DNA of 64,000 nucleotides from Phaeosaccion multiseriatum (taxonomy: Eukaryota > Protista > Ochrophyta, other classes), in the NCBI GenBank assembly GCA_965112735.1, contig OZ218963.1, positions 310,001 through 374,000 on the forward strand, in the 5' to 3' direction. The notes below the pieces were generated by a model, which made no database searches, had not been told where the DNA came from, and saw only the letters and a list, made by a program, of their open reading frames with translations. Both the position numbers and the translations under genes were made by a program. Shown piece after piece: positions 23,775 to 42,610 of the stretch. Positions within the stretch are counted from its first letter, which is position 1, and each line of letters opens with the position of its first letter.

Positions 23775-24150
23775 CACACACTTCACAGGTGGTGGATGTT
23801 TCCGTGTCCAAGACGGGCAAGCACGGTCACGCCAAGTGCAACTTCGTGGCCACCGACATCTTCACCGGCAAGAAGCTTGAGGACATTGTGCCCTCCACGC
23901 ACGGCACCAGCGTGCCCAACGTCAGCAGGACGGAGTACACGCTGCTCGACATTGGTGATGACGACTTCCTCGCCCTCATGAAGGGTGAGTTGAGTTAGAG
24001 GCTATCGACTTTTGAGTTAGAGGCTATCGACTTTGTGACTTGGGGCATGCCCTTGGGCGAATTGCACGGGGCAGGCATATGGTTCCGTCTTTCTATCGTA
24101 TGAACAGAGGTACCAACCAGACAGAGCGAGAGAGTGGGTGGGAGGCGGGG

Positions 24151-24187
<37 letters not shown>

Positions 24188-24531
24188 TGTGTGTGTCTCT
24201 CTCTCCTCTCATCGGAGCGGCCGCTGGCATCTCAAGTCATCGGCAGACTCGTGGTTGGCAAAGTGGCAAAGCTAGGCCCATGTGCCTCCATCGCCCGCCC
24301 CGTATCCTCATCACTTCCCTTCGCTCGCCTAACCTAACCCCCATCCACTGCCATCTATCCCCTCCAGACGACGGCACTGAGAAGAACGACCTTAAGCTGC
24401 CCGACTACCCCGACAACTTGGCCAAGGAGCTCCGCGATGCCTTCGACGAGGGAAAGTCCCTCTCCGTGACAGTCCTGGCCGCCATGGCCCACGAGCAGGT
24501 CATCTCTTTCAAGGAGGACACCACTGCCTAA
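23277..24531 (+). CDS. EIF5A: Translation factor eIF5A; exons 23277-23411, 23789-23984, 24368-24531
   Basis: Hypusine motif [10 protein letters not shown], plus IKGKPCK and [10 protein letters not shown]. Confidence 0.98.
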
Positions 24532-26057
24532 GCCACGAGCTTCCAAGCTAAGCGTGTTGGGTCTTTTGTTTCGAAGGAGCCGTCGCCAAGCAGCCTGTTT
24601 GCCGAGTAAGGCAAGTGGAGCGGAGGCGAGCGGAGCGGAGTGGAGTGGAGTGGAGAGGAGAGGAGCAAAGATTAGCCGTGTGCGATACACGCGTGGGGTG
24701 CCCACGGCCCTTCGAGTGTTGGAGGGAGGGGGGGGGGATGGGGGCGGCAGAGCAGCAGCGGCAGAGCAGCAGCAGCAGCAGCAGTTGGTGATACAGCAGC
24801 AGCGGCAGCAGCAAGCGGCATCGAGAATGAATGTATCAGATAGACTTCGGGGCGGGGCATCACCCACACGAGCACCACTAGGGGCTGACGTACGTGTGTG
24901 TGTGTGTGTGTGTGCTCTTTTCCTCTCTGTGGGGGCGTTCTGTCGTTGTCGGCGATGGGCTTTTGGGGAAATAGGGGGTAGGGTGGGTCGTTTGCAAGCA
25001 CGGATGGGCCAGGACTAGAGCACGGGGGGGTGGGGACGAGAGGGCATTACTTTTCTCTCGCCCATTCACTCCCCTCTCTCTTCTCTTGTCGTCGGAAGCA
25101 AAAAGCTCTCCCTTCTTTTCTTCTTTTGCCATTTTGGGTGTGTGGGAGAGGGGTGTGCGATCTTACTAGAGATGGATGGCTACATAGTGCACTAGTTAGC
25201 GGAGGGGAGGGAGGGAGGGAGGGAGGGAGGGGGGAGTGAGAGTGAGTGGAGAGAGACGGAGCTACTGCTCGGGGAAGGAGGAAGGAGGAAGGGGGAGGAG
25301 GCGAGACGGTCGCTTATCCCAGGGGGGTTGCCGTGCCCTGCGGGGGAGGAGAAGGGAAATAAGATACAGATTCACTCTCACTGGGGTGGGTCATTCTCAC
25401 GTCTCGGCTCCATACATAGTCATTGCGCTGCGCAGTCGCCTCTCGGCCTTGTCCTCTCCTTTGCTGACTTATCCATTGCAGGCCGGGAAGGAGGAAGGGA
25501 CAACATGTCGCCCCGTCCGTTCTTACTCCTTTCCTCCACCCCCATCGAGGACTCCGAGGGGAACCCAGCAGCAGCAGTTGGTGGTACCTCACTTGTCAAT
25601 CTGTCTGCCGACTCTGTGAAGGCATATCAGGAGGCCTCACTTCCCGTCCGTCAGAGCATCAGAGGCGGTCCCTCTCTCGAGGCTCGAGGGGAGGAGAGCA
25701 AGCTGGTGTGTCAGGACGACCTGGTGTCAGGACGAGTTAGGGCTCCGACCGCCATCTGTAAGGCACGGCCCAGTGTCAGTGTCAGAGTGTCAGGCTTGTT
25801 CACTGTTGCTTCCCTCCTCCGCCAGAGGCCCTCCTTTTTTACGAGAGTAATATGCGAAAGGGCGAAACAAAGATTGGAGAGTAATTCCTTACATCCTTCA
25901 CAAATCTACACAACGAAGCACGAATTTCCATCTTTCTGTAACAGGCGCTCTCCCCTCCAGGCGTTAGTGCTCTAACCGCCCACGTGAAAGCACATTAGGT
26001 GTCAGGCTCAGAGTCAGGACTGAGTGTCAGGAATGAGGGTCAGGAGAGGAAAGAGTG

Positions 26058-29000
26058 TCAGGAAAGACGCTCCTCCCTCTCCACGCGCCCCTGAAGGTCC
26101 TCTCTCAGGCGCTTCTTGTTGACCTTTCCCATAGCGTTCTTAGGGATCTCCTCCTGCTCAGGCAAGTACACGAACACAAAGAGAGGGAGAGAGAGAGAGA
26201 GAGAGGGAGGGAGGGAGGGAGGGAGAGAGAGGGGGAGAGGGAGGCAGAGAGATGGAGAGAGAGGGGGAGAGGGAGGGAGAGAGAGGGAGGGAGGGAGGGA
26301 GAGAGAGGGGGAGAGGGAGGTAGAGAGAGAGAGAGAGAGAGAGAGGGGAGGGAGGGAGAGGGAGGGGGAGAGAGAGAGAAGAGAGAGAGGGAGAGAGAGG
26401 ATGCATTGAGGATGACTAGTATGAAACCCACTCACTCCCCACCCGGGCCACACCATCCTTCATCGGAGCATTGCTCCAAAAGGAGGACAGGCAAGCAACC
26501 CAAAACAACCAAAGCCCTCCCTCTCTCTCTTGTCCTCTTTCTATCTCTCTCCCTCCCTCCCTCTCTCCCTCCCTTGTGACGCAAGCCCTTCTTTTTCGCA
26601 CTGTGTTATCTCTGCCTACACCTGCCTCACCTCTGACTTCACCACCACCATCACAGACGGCTGCTTGTACGCAGCCAACCTCTCACGCGACCACTCGCGC
26701 AGCTGCGGGAGAGACAACGACGGATGGCAGTGGATGGAGGAGGAGGAGGAGGAGGAGGAGGAGGAGGAGGAGGAGGAGGAGGAGGAGGAGGAGGAGGAGG
26801 AGGAGGAGGAGGAGGAGGAGGAGGAGGAGGAGGAGGAGGAGGAGGAGGAGGCCGGCCGCAGTCTTAGCACCGCACAGACGTGCTGACCATATGTAGGGTC
26901 GTCTTCTCCTGCGGGTGTCAAGAAGAGGGGGGGGGGGGGGAGCGAGGGAGGTGCGTGGGTGCGTGCGTGGGTGAGCGTGGGTGCGTGCGTGGGTGAGCAT
27001 GGGTGCGAGCGTTCTCGAATGGTGGGTTGAGTGAAGAAGATGTGTTTTCCTACCGCCCACTGTCGGTGTCTTACTTTAGGTTACGTACCGATGACGGCAA
27101 TCTCCACCACGTCGGGATGCTCGATGAGCTCTCTCTCCACGTCAAGCGCTGAGATCTTGTAGCCTGGGGAGGGGACAGGGGAAGGGAGGGGATAAAGGGG
27201 GGGGGGAGAGGAAATGGGAGAGGAGAGGAGAGGCGACGAGAGAGTAGAGGGGAGAGGAGTCAGGAGAGAGGGGAGAGGAGAGGAGAGGAGAGGAGAGGGG
27301 GGAGGACAGAGAAGGGACAGAGGAGAGAGAGAGGAGAGGAGAGGGGGGAGGACAGAGAAGGGACAGAGGAGAGAGAGAGGAGAGGAGAGGGGGGAGGACA
27401 GAGAAGGGACAGAGGAGAGAGAGAGGAGAGGAGAGGGGGGAGGACAGAGAAGGGACAGAGGAGAGAGAGAGGAGAGGAGAGGGGGGAGGACAGAGAAGGG
27501 ACAGAGGAGAGAGAGAGGAGAGGAGAGGGGGGAGGACAGAGAAGGGACAGAGGAGAGAGAGAGGCGGGTACGCGGCCACACAGTAACAGTAAGCGTCCCA
27601 GGAGACCTTAAGTAAGGTTACGTACCGATGCGGCAATCGAATGGCACTGAGACCCACACCTAAGTCCTACACAGAAAGACCCTCGTCCGCTCACTCTCAA
27701 TCCCTCCCTCCCTCTCTCTCTCCCCCCCTCTCTCTCCCCCTCTCTCTCCCTCCCTCCCTCTCTCCCTCCCTCACTCACTCTCTCTCTCCCTCTCTCCCTC
27801 AGAGTATCACTTACTCAATCAAACCCCACCCACCCGCCCACGTCTCCTCCCTCGTCCAATCAATCCCCCGCCCTTAGTGACTCATCAACAAAAGAGGGCT
27901 ATTGAAAAAGGCAACAACAACTAAGTACCTACCTCCTCTCTTGATGATGTCAACACTCGCCCTTCCCGTGATGCGGTAGGTCTTGTTGGCGTCGTCAAAG
28001 AGCACCACGTCTCCGGTCTTGAAGTAGCCCCACTCGTCAAACGACTCCGCCGTCGCTTCTAATGGTACCCAAAGGTGGAGAGGGGGGGGAGGAGGGGGGG
28101 TGGGGGGAGGAGGAGGAAGAGGAGGAGGAGGAGGAGGTGGTGGTGATGGTGATGGTAGTGGTGGTGGTGTTGGTGGTGGTAGTGGTGGTGTTAGTGGTGG
28201 TGGTAGGAAGAGAAGTGCGGTGCAGCCAAAACAAAAGTGAAAAAAAGGGGAGTGAATGGAGATTGGAGCGAGCGAACCCCTTCCTCCCCCCTTCCCTCTC
28301 TCCCTGCCTCCCTCCCTCGCTCCCCCCCTCCCTCCCTCCCTCCCTCCTTCCCTCACTCCCTCACTCCCTCCCTCCCTCCTTCCCTCTCTCCCTCCCTCCC
28401 TCACTCACTCACTCCCTCCCTCCCTCCCCCCCTCCCTCCCTTACTCACTCCCTCACCTGGCCTGCCCCAATACCTCTCAAAGACGGACGGGCCCTTGACT
28501 CTGAGCTCACCCTGCTCTCCGACGGCGGCCTCTCTCTTGGTGTCAGGATCCACGACCCTCACCATCACCCCTGGCAGCGGACGTCCCACCGCCCCGGGAA
28601 CCCTTTCTTCCCAGACCCCCCGGGGGTCCCCCAGGGGGTTCCCCAGGGGGTTGGAGAGGGCCATGCCGATCTCGGTCATTCCGTAGCGCTCGAGAAGCGA
28701 GTGACCGGAAACCTCTTTCCAGCGCGTCATGACGAGATTGGGTAGCGCCGCAGACCCACTCACCATGAGGCGTAGACCCTTCATACCCTCCTTTGCGAGC
28801 TCGAGCTCTTCCCTTGACACGTGTCCCTTGTCCACTGCCTCAAGCATCCGTCCGTAGATGGTGGGTACCGCCATGAAGAGTGTTGGTGGCGAGGCCTGGC
28901 CTGCCGGATCAACCTGGTGTACCTGGTCTAATGAACTGGAACTATATCTGTCCGCTGCCTCCTCATCTCCCTGGCCTTCCTCATCGACCTGGTCCTGGCC

Positions 29001-30887
29001 GTCTCCATGCTTGTCCCCTCCTCCCCCACCCCCGCCATCCACTGCCATCCCCTCCCCCATCCCCATCTCCCGCCGCCTCCTCCTCTGCTGCCTGCCCGCT
29101 TCAGCCAGTCGCCCCCACAGAACACTTGGGTGTGCACTCTCACAAAACTCCACGGCCGCACCGCTCCACAGCGCGCAGAGAAGCTTGTTGACCAGGCCGT
29201 GCACATGATGCAAAGGGAGGAAGTGCAAGATGTGGTCATTCGGGCTCCACTGCCAGGCCTGCAGGAGGGACACAATTTGCGCTTCCAGACCCAGGTGGGT
29301 GTGCACCACCCCCTTGGGTCTGCCCGTGGTGCCGGAGGTGTAGAGGATGAGGGCAGGGTCGGTGGAGCAGAAGGGCTGGGGAAGGATGGAGGGAGATGCT
29401 AGACCAGTGGTGGTGGTGGTGGTGGTGGTGATGTCACTGCTTCTCCTTCTCCGGTCCTCCTCTTCCTCTTGCTCCCAGTCTGACACGACGGCAGCGGCAT
29501 CCACGAGGACAGAGCGGCCCCCCTGCTGCAGTGCCTCTGTGACGTCAGCGCTCCTCTGTAAGCACGAGTGGTGGGCCATGACGAGTTGTGCCTGGGTGTC
29601 TTGGAGTATGTAGGCCACTTCTTGCGAGGGATAGCTCTTGTGGATGGGCACCACGACGCCCCCGGCCATCCACACGCCTTTGCCAGTGGTGGAGAACGTG
29701 ATGGGGTGATGCGGAGAGGGAGGGAAAGACAAAAGGAGGGACGGGGAGAGGGAAGGGGAGAGGGAGAGGAAGGGAATAAGGGAGAGACAAAAGGAGGGAG
29801 AGGGAGAGGGAAGGGGCGAGGGAGAGGAAGGGAGTGAGGGGGCGATGAAAAAGAGAATGAGAGGGAGAGAGAGGATCAGAACAAAAGTACGCATATATAT
29901 ACCCTTCATGAAGCGCAAACTTCTCCTCCTCCTCCTCCTCCTCCTCCTCCTCCTTTGCTCGACACCACGGTCCCTAAAAGAAAGACCTCGCTCACTCACT
30001 CGACTCACCCAAGGCGGCGGAGACGAATGTGCTGTCGTACGGGTGCATTACGGCCACCGGCACACCCCTCAGCGAGGACTGGGGAAGTGGGGGTGGCGGA
30101 GAAGGAGAAGCCTTCCCATCTGGCAACGACGAGGACGAAGAAGCGGGGGAGGAAGGGTCCGCACCTGCCTGACCTTTCACTGCCTGCTCTGCCATAGTTA
30201 GGGGAGACTCAATCTTCGCCGCCCTCGCAGCTTGCAGGAGGGCGTCTCCGATGATCCTCGCTTGCTGCAGCAGGGAGCCGTAGGTGGTGGAGGAGCCGTC
30301 GGGACAGACGAGCGCCAGGCGGTTGGGCTCCTCTATGCCTCTGTGCATGCGGGAGGGTGAGTAGGTGAGTGAGTGAGGGAGTGAGTGAGTGGGCAATCAG
30401 TGAGAGAGGAAGTGAGGAGCAGTCAGAGTTGTTGGGGGCGAGCGAAAGAGGGAGGGAGGGGGGAAGGAGGGATGGTGTAGCCCTATACTAGCACTCTCCT
30501 TGCTTTCTATATATATCTAGAAAGAAAGGCCGCACGACTACCAAAGCCATGCACGCACCTGCGGAACACTTCCAGGGGTGGCGCACAGATCGGCTCCCCC
30601 CCCCGAGTCGGCTGACTCGCTGAGGCGCTGGTCATGGACAACGTGCGCCCTCCAATGGGCCTCCTCCCCTCCTGTGTGTCAAAAAGTGAAGACCGAAGGG
30701 AAGGCTGTGCAAGAGCAGTCCTTCCGGTGCCAAGTGCTCGAACGGTTTTGCCACCTCTTGCTTTTCCTCCTCCCCCTCCCCCCCAATCCTTGTCCCAGTG
30801 CCATCTCTTCCTCCCCCTTCCGCCATTGCTGCGTACACTGGCCCCCCACCGCGACAGCGGAAGCCTCGTAGGGAAGGATAGCATCAT
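26058..30887 (-). CDS. ACSF3: Malonyl-CoA synthetase-like acyl-CoA ligase; exons ~30887-30559, 30340-30009, 29677-28457, 28058-27933, 27163-27089, 26908-26631, 26153-26058
   Basis: Motifs ILYTSGTTGRPKGV, LPLHHVHGL, FMAVPTIY, LMVSGSAAL, LLERYGMTEIGM, FKTGD, GRASVDIIKRGG|YKISALDVE and IPKNAMGKVNKK; Arg-rich N-terminus. Confidence 0.92.
27270..27561. repeat. Purine-rich ~44-46 bp intronic minisatellite (~6 units)
   Basis: Repeated gaggagaggggggaggacagagaagggacagaggagagaga. Confidence 0.85.
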
Positions 30888-31085
30888 TCCCTCTTTCTCT
30901 CCTGGCGAGGTAAGCGCAGCCCCATCGAGGAGAAGGAGAGGTTGGAAAGTGGAAAGTTGGAAGGAGGGCCATCACGAAGCTCACGACTTGGTCATCCAAA
31001 CTTCACTTTCAGATGGCGTCCTCCTTCTTGCCTCCCTCTCTCTCCCTTTCTCCCTCCCTTCTCTTACGCCGCGTCTTTTGTGCTC

Positions 31086-37711
<6,626 letters not shown>

Positions 37712-39577
37712 GTGGCACTACATGTACTGTATACGGCAGCACAGATGGGGACGTATGGCAACAGGTTGTGCGTGAACAAAACAAGGCTTCAGGCTTGAGA
37801 GAGAAGCTATCGACAAGACTGACTCGAGAGACAAGAGAGAGAGAGAGAGAGAGATGTGTACACCAGATGGGGTGGCACCTTACAGCTCCGTCTTAGAGGG
37901 GCGGAGGGAGTGTGTGTTCGAGGTCAGGGGAAGGGGAAGGAGCGGTGGTGGCGTGGCGTGATGTGGTGATGTGGTGTGGCTACGTTGCGTCACGAAGGCA
38001 GAAGTAAAAGGTCAACACCCACGGAATGCATGAATCGGATCATGGAGGCTGGCGAATAAAATAGCCCCTCACACACACACACTACATTGTTTTCAATGAA
38101 ATGTTATCTAAGTACCCCCCTCCCTCCATGGACTGGATGGCAGTGGATGGCAGTGGATGGGGGATATGCGCTCTGCGCCGTGTTCGACACACTACGAAAT
38201 ATAAAGACACACGACACACGTGCACACTTCAGTTGACCACCAGGGGGGTCACGCCTGCCCTCACGCCTGCCCTGATCCGTGGTCCTGACCCCAGGTATGG
38301 ATCGTACGTTACTTAAGTTACAAGTAGACCCATCGCCCCCCGATTCCTCCCCCATGCCCCATCGCCCCCCCCCCCCCCACACACCACAAGTGAACAAGTG
38401 AGCAAGTGGCCAAGCAGCAACAAGACAAGTAGGCAAACGTCATCAGTGACTCATCCGTCTCTCCCTGCCCGCTTGCTCCTTCCTCTGGTGAACTGCACGC
38501 CTGCCTGCACATACACATGCAAGGATTGCCGGAACCTTGTTACTTCCCGGGCGCTCTCTGTCTCTCCGTGTCTCTCTCTCTCACTCACTCACTCTTCTTG
38601 TTCTCTGTGCAAGGCGCCACGGCCACTCATCCAACCGCTGCTGCCTTATACCTTACACCCGCCGCTCCTTCCTCACCGCACACACTATTGTTCGCTACGC
38701 ACGTTACCCCCTCCCTCCTCTTCCCAATCAAGGCCAGCGCCCGGCCGGGCAGGAAAGAAAGAGACGGGCAGACTCTCTCTACAACTCTTCCTCTTCACTT
38801 CACTTCCTGCCGTGTGTCCTGCCTCCTGCCCTGCTGAGCTGAGGCGATCCGATGACAAAGGCCTCACAGGCTGGCATTCTCTGCCTCTGCATCGCACCAA
38901 AACCTCAAGATACACTACATGTGGAAACACACGTAACCGCCGCAAACACCACACACGACAACCTCCCCCCTCCCTTCCTCCTGCTGCTGCTGCTGCTCCA
39001 CTAGCCATTGGCCACCATCGCTGCGCTGCCCCTCTCTCGTACACTCAAAACTCAAACTCAAACCTCCGTGCGGCAGACGCTGTGTGTGCGTGTGCCGACC
39101 GATCTCGTGCGTGCGGTCTGTTGGCTTATCGGGCCATCTTGTGGGAGGGCACAGACACGTACGTCTTGGTGACCTGTTCATGGACGGACATGGACGGGGT
39201 GGCAGGGGATGGAGGGGAGGGACAGAAATCAACAAAGGCATGGAAGTGGATGGCAGTGGATGGAGGTGGGCGGGGCTGGGATGGACAGTGAGGCGCACAA
39301 GAGGAGGACGGCACTAGACAGACGAACTTCAAGTCATGCCGCAGAAAGAGGGAGGGGGGGGGGGATTCAGAGGGATCGCACACACACATATATATGTAAT
39401 AATGTGCGCAGAGTGAGGGGATTCAGAGGGCTGGCGATTCGAAGCAACTCACTCACTCCTCTTCGCTCTGCTTGTGTCCAAAGCCGGCCACTTCCTCCCG
39501 TCTCCATCTTCATCTCGCCCTCTCGAAATGTCCCTTCCATGTCACCCTCTCTCTCTCTCTCTCTCCCTCACCGCCCC

Positions 39578-41444
39578 CTAAGTGTCGCTGTGTATCACCA
39601 ACTCCCTCACCTTGCCGCGGTGCTCTACCTCATTGAGCAGCTGACACGCCACGCAGGGCATGCAGAAGAGGGGCTTGCACACATCGCCGCAACACTTGCC
39701 CTCAAGGTGGTAACCTTCACGCACGATGGAACGGCTCATGCAGGGGGCCACGCACATGAGGTTGAAGCAGCTGCCGTTGTACAGCAGTTGGTGGTACATG
39801 AGGGGGGGGGGGGGAGAGGGTCGAGTGAGTGAGTGACACGGCTTGAGTGAGGGCAGATGGCAGTTGAAGGCTGGGCAAGAGCGAGCAAGTACAGCACCCA
39901 GCACTCACAAGTTGCTTCCGTCGAAGGCCTGGCGAGCCGATGCCACAGCGCAGGGGGCGCAGCAGCAGCCGTACATGCAGTTGGAGCAGCTGAGAGGCGT
40001 ATGGGTAGGCAGGTATATGGGCATGGGCGGGTTGGGGTGGTAGAGTGAGTGAGCTTGCTTGCTTGGGACGCGAGGGAGGAGTGCCGCCAGGCATGGGGAG
40101 GATTGTCATCAGTCAGTAGTCGGCACCGTACGTAATGGTACGTAATGTTATATATATATACCTCTTCTTCTTGCAGTGGTACAGGCCGTACTCCCAAGGC
40201 TGCTCCGTGGGGGAGCGGCTGAGAAGAGAGAGAGGGAGAGAGAGAGGAGGGAGAGGAGGAAGAGGGAGAGAGAGAGAGAGAGGAGGGAGAGGAGGAAGAG
40301 GGAGAGAGAGAAGAGAGAGAGGAGGGAGAGGAGGAAGAGGGAGAGAGAGAGAGAGCGGAGAGAGAGAGGAGGGAGAGGAGGAAGAGGGAGAGAGAGCGGA
40401 GAGAGGGAGAGGAGGAGAGAGAGAGCGGAGAGAGGGAGAGGGAGAGAGAGGGGAGGGAGAGGAGGAAAGAGGGAGAGAGAGAGAGAGCGGAGAGAGGGAG
40501 AGGGGGAGAGAGAGGGAGAGGGGGAGAGACAGAGGGAGAACGGGTTTGTATGCGTGTGAGTGTGCGTACATGCGCGGTGGAAGGCGAGGAGGAGCGGAGA
40601 AAGGAGAAGGAGAAGGAGGGGCAGAGGGAAGCGTACCATACACCAGGTTATCAGATCTGAACTGAACCCGTCTTGCTACCAAATCTTCTTCCTCTGTGGG
40701 CCTTGTTGCCTGTGACCGCTCTGGCCACTCACTCCGTTGACTTACTTGGCGCCCCACATCATGTTGCTCGGGCCTCGCGTGTTGGTCTCTCCCAGCAGCT
40801 GAGTGTTGTTGCACCACGCCACGCACGGGCAAGCGTGGAAAACATCACCCACACAAGAGCCTAACGAGAAGGGGGGGGAGGAGGAGGGGAGGAGGAGGAG
40901 GAGGAGGAGGAGGAGGAGGTGACGGGGGTGGAGGAGGTGACGGGGGTGGAGGGGTGGTACATGGAGTTTGAGTTCGAGTTCCATGTTGATGAGGCTGGGG
41001 GGGCGGTGCAAGCGGTAAGCGGCATCAGGCATCAGGCAAGAGGCGAGGGCGGCACGTGTCCCCAGCATGCTCATTGGGCGAAAGAAAGCACCGCAAGACT
41101 GCAGGGGAAACGAGTTGGTTCCATTGCTTAGGAACACCGGGGGGTCGGGCGGAGCACCGCCTAGAATAGCACTCTTTCCCTTGGATGGGAGGGAGGGAGG
41201 GAGGTATGCACGTATACACACGACTGTAGCACGAGAGGGAGGCATGCATGTATACACACGACTGTAGCACGAGACACTGCATACAGTAAGTACATGGCCA
41301 CGGACCACGCCGCCTTGACCTTGAAACAACACGACGTACCCTCTATGTGGTAGCTCTCCCGAATGATGTTTCTGGCTACGGCTCCGTGTCCGATGGTGAG
41401 GCACACCGGATTGGCCACTGCGTGTGGGTGAGTGAGAAAGGAGC

Positions 41445-41481
<37 letters not shown>

Positions 41482-42272
41482 AAGAGGCGTAAATCAATCA
41501 GCATCAACGTACGACAAGCAGACAAGATAAGAAGAAAAGGCGGTTGTCATTCTTCCTGACTTACTGCAGAGGCAGTTAAAGCACCAGTTGGAGCCGTCGA
41601 GGTTCTTCCTGGCGCTGGCGACAGCACACGGGGTGCAAGCGCAGAAGGAGTATAGGCAGTTGCAGGCACCGCTGGCACACATCTGGCCGAAGCCCGTCTG
41701 CGGGGGTGGGGAGAGAGATGGGGGAGGGGGGAGAGGGGTTGAGGGGGGGGGTTGAGGCGTGGGAGGAAGGGAGGGAGGGGGGGGGCAGGGGTTAGAGGGG
41801 TAGAGGACAAGGGGGGCCTGTGGAGATTGTTGAGGTACTGCGGCGAGGAGAATACGTGTGTGTATGGAGGTCCGGAGCGAGCAGGGCCCACACTCCAAGA
41901 CGGTATGGACGAATGGCCTTGTGTCTTGTTCTCTTCTAACGGCTGACGCTGCCCTGCTGATCCCTGTCTCACCTTTCCGCACACTCATCTTCTGGGTTCA
42001 AACTGCCCATTTTTCTATAATTCTTCTGCGACCAAAGCCAACCAGCCGCCCCCCTCCCTTCTCTTCCCCCTCACATCCTCTTATTCCACCACACACACGT
42101 CCTTCTCCGGAGGATCAGCCACTCCAAGAAGAGGAAAGTAGGCCAACGGCTACCACATAAGAAGTCGTTGCTCCCCGTTCCTCACCTTCCAGACGTCAAA
42201 CGCCTGCTCCATCTCCACCACCACGGCGCCGGCATTGTGCGGATCCACCGCTCTCTGGGCTACTGCTGTCAT
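39578..42272 (-). CDS. Cys-rich PLAC8-family protein with two tandem domains (~7 exons)
   Basis: Two repeats: W.TG..C..CTPCAVASAR..DGSN..RNIIRESYHIEGSCVGD and WEYGLYHC..CCAPCAVASAR..DGSN..RSIVREGYHLEGKCCGD..CMPCVACQLLNEV. Confidence 0.85.
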
Positions 42273-42610
42273 GGCTCCTCCTTTCCTCTGCTCGGGGTCA
42301 CTCTCTCGCACACTCTCGCTTTTGTTTATTTGCTGGGAGAGTTCCGGATCCGCCCAGATCGCATGATGGAGGCATACCCAGATGGAGGCATATCCACGGG
42401 TTAACGGGTTCACCCACAACATAGTAAAGAGTAAAGAAGCAAAACAAAAGCAGTAGAAGCCAGCAGCATAACAAGAAACCGTCACAGAGGGAAGGGTCGA
42501 CGAGCGATACTGATATGCAGGCAGTACACGGGTAGAGCAGCTGCGACACAGGGCTGGCAGTAGTGACAAAAACGAAGAGGGGAGGAGAAGGGAAACAGCG
42601 ACGACTTAGC

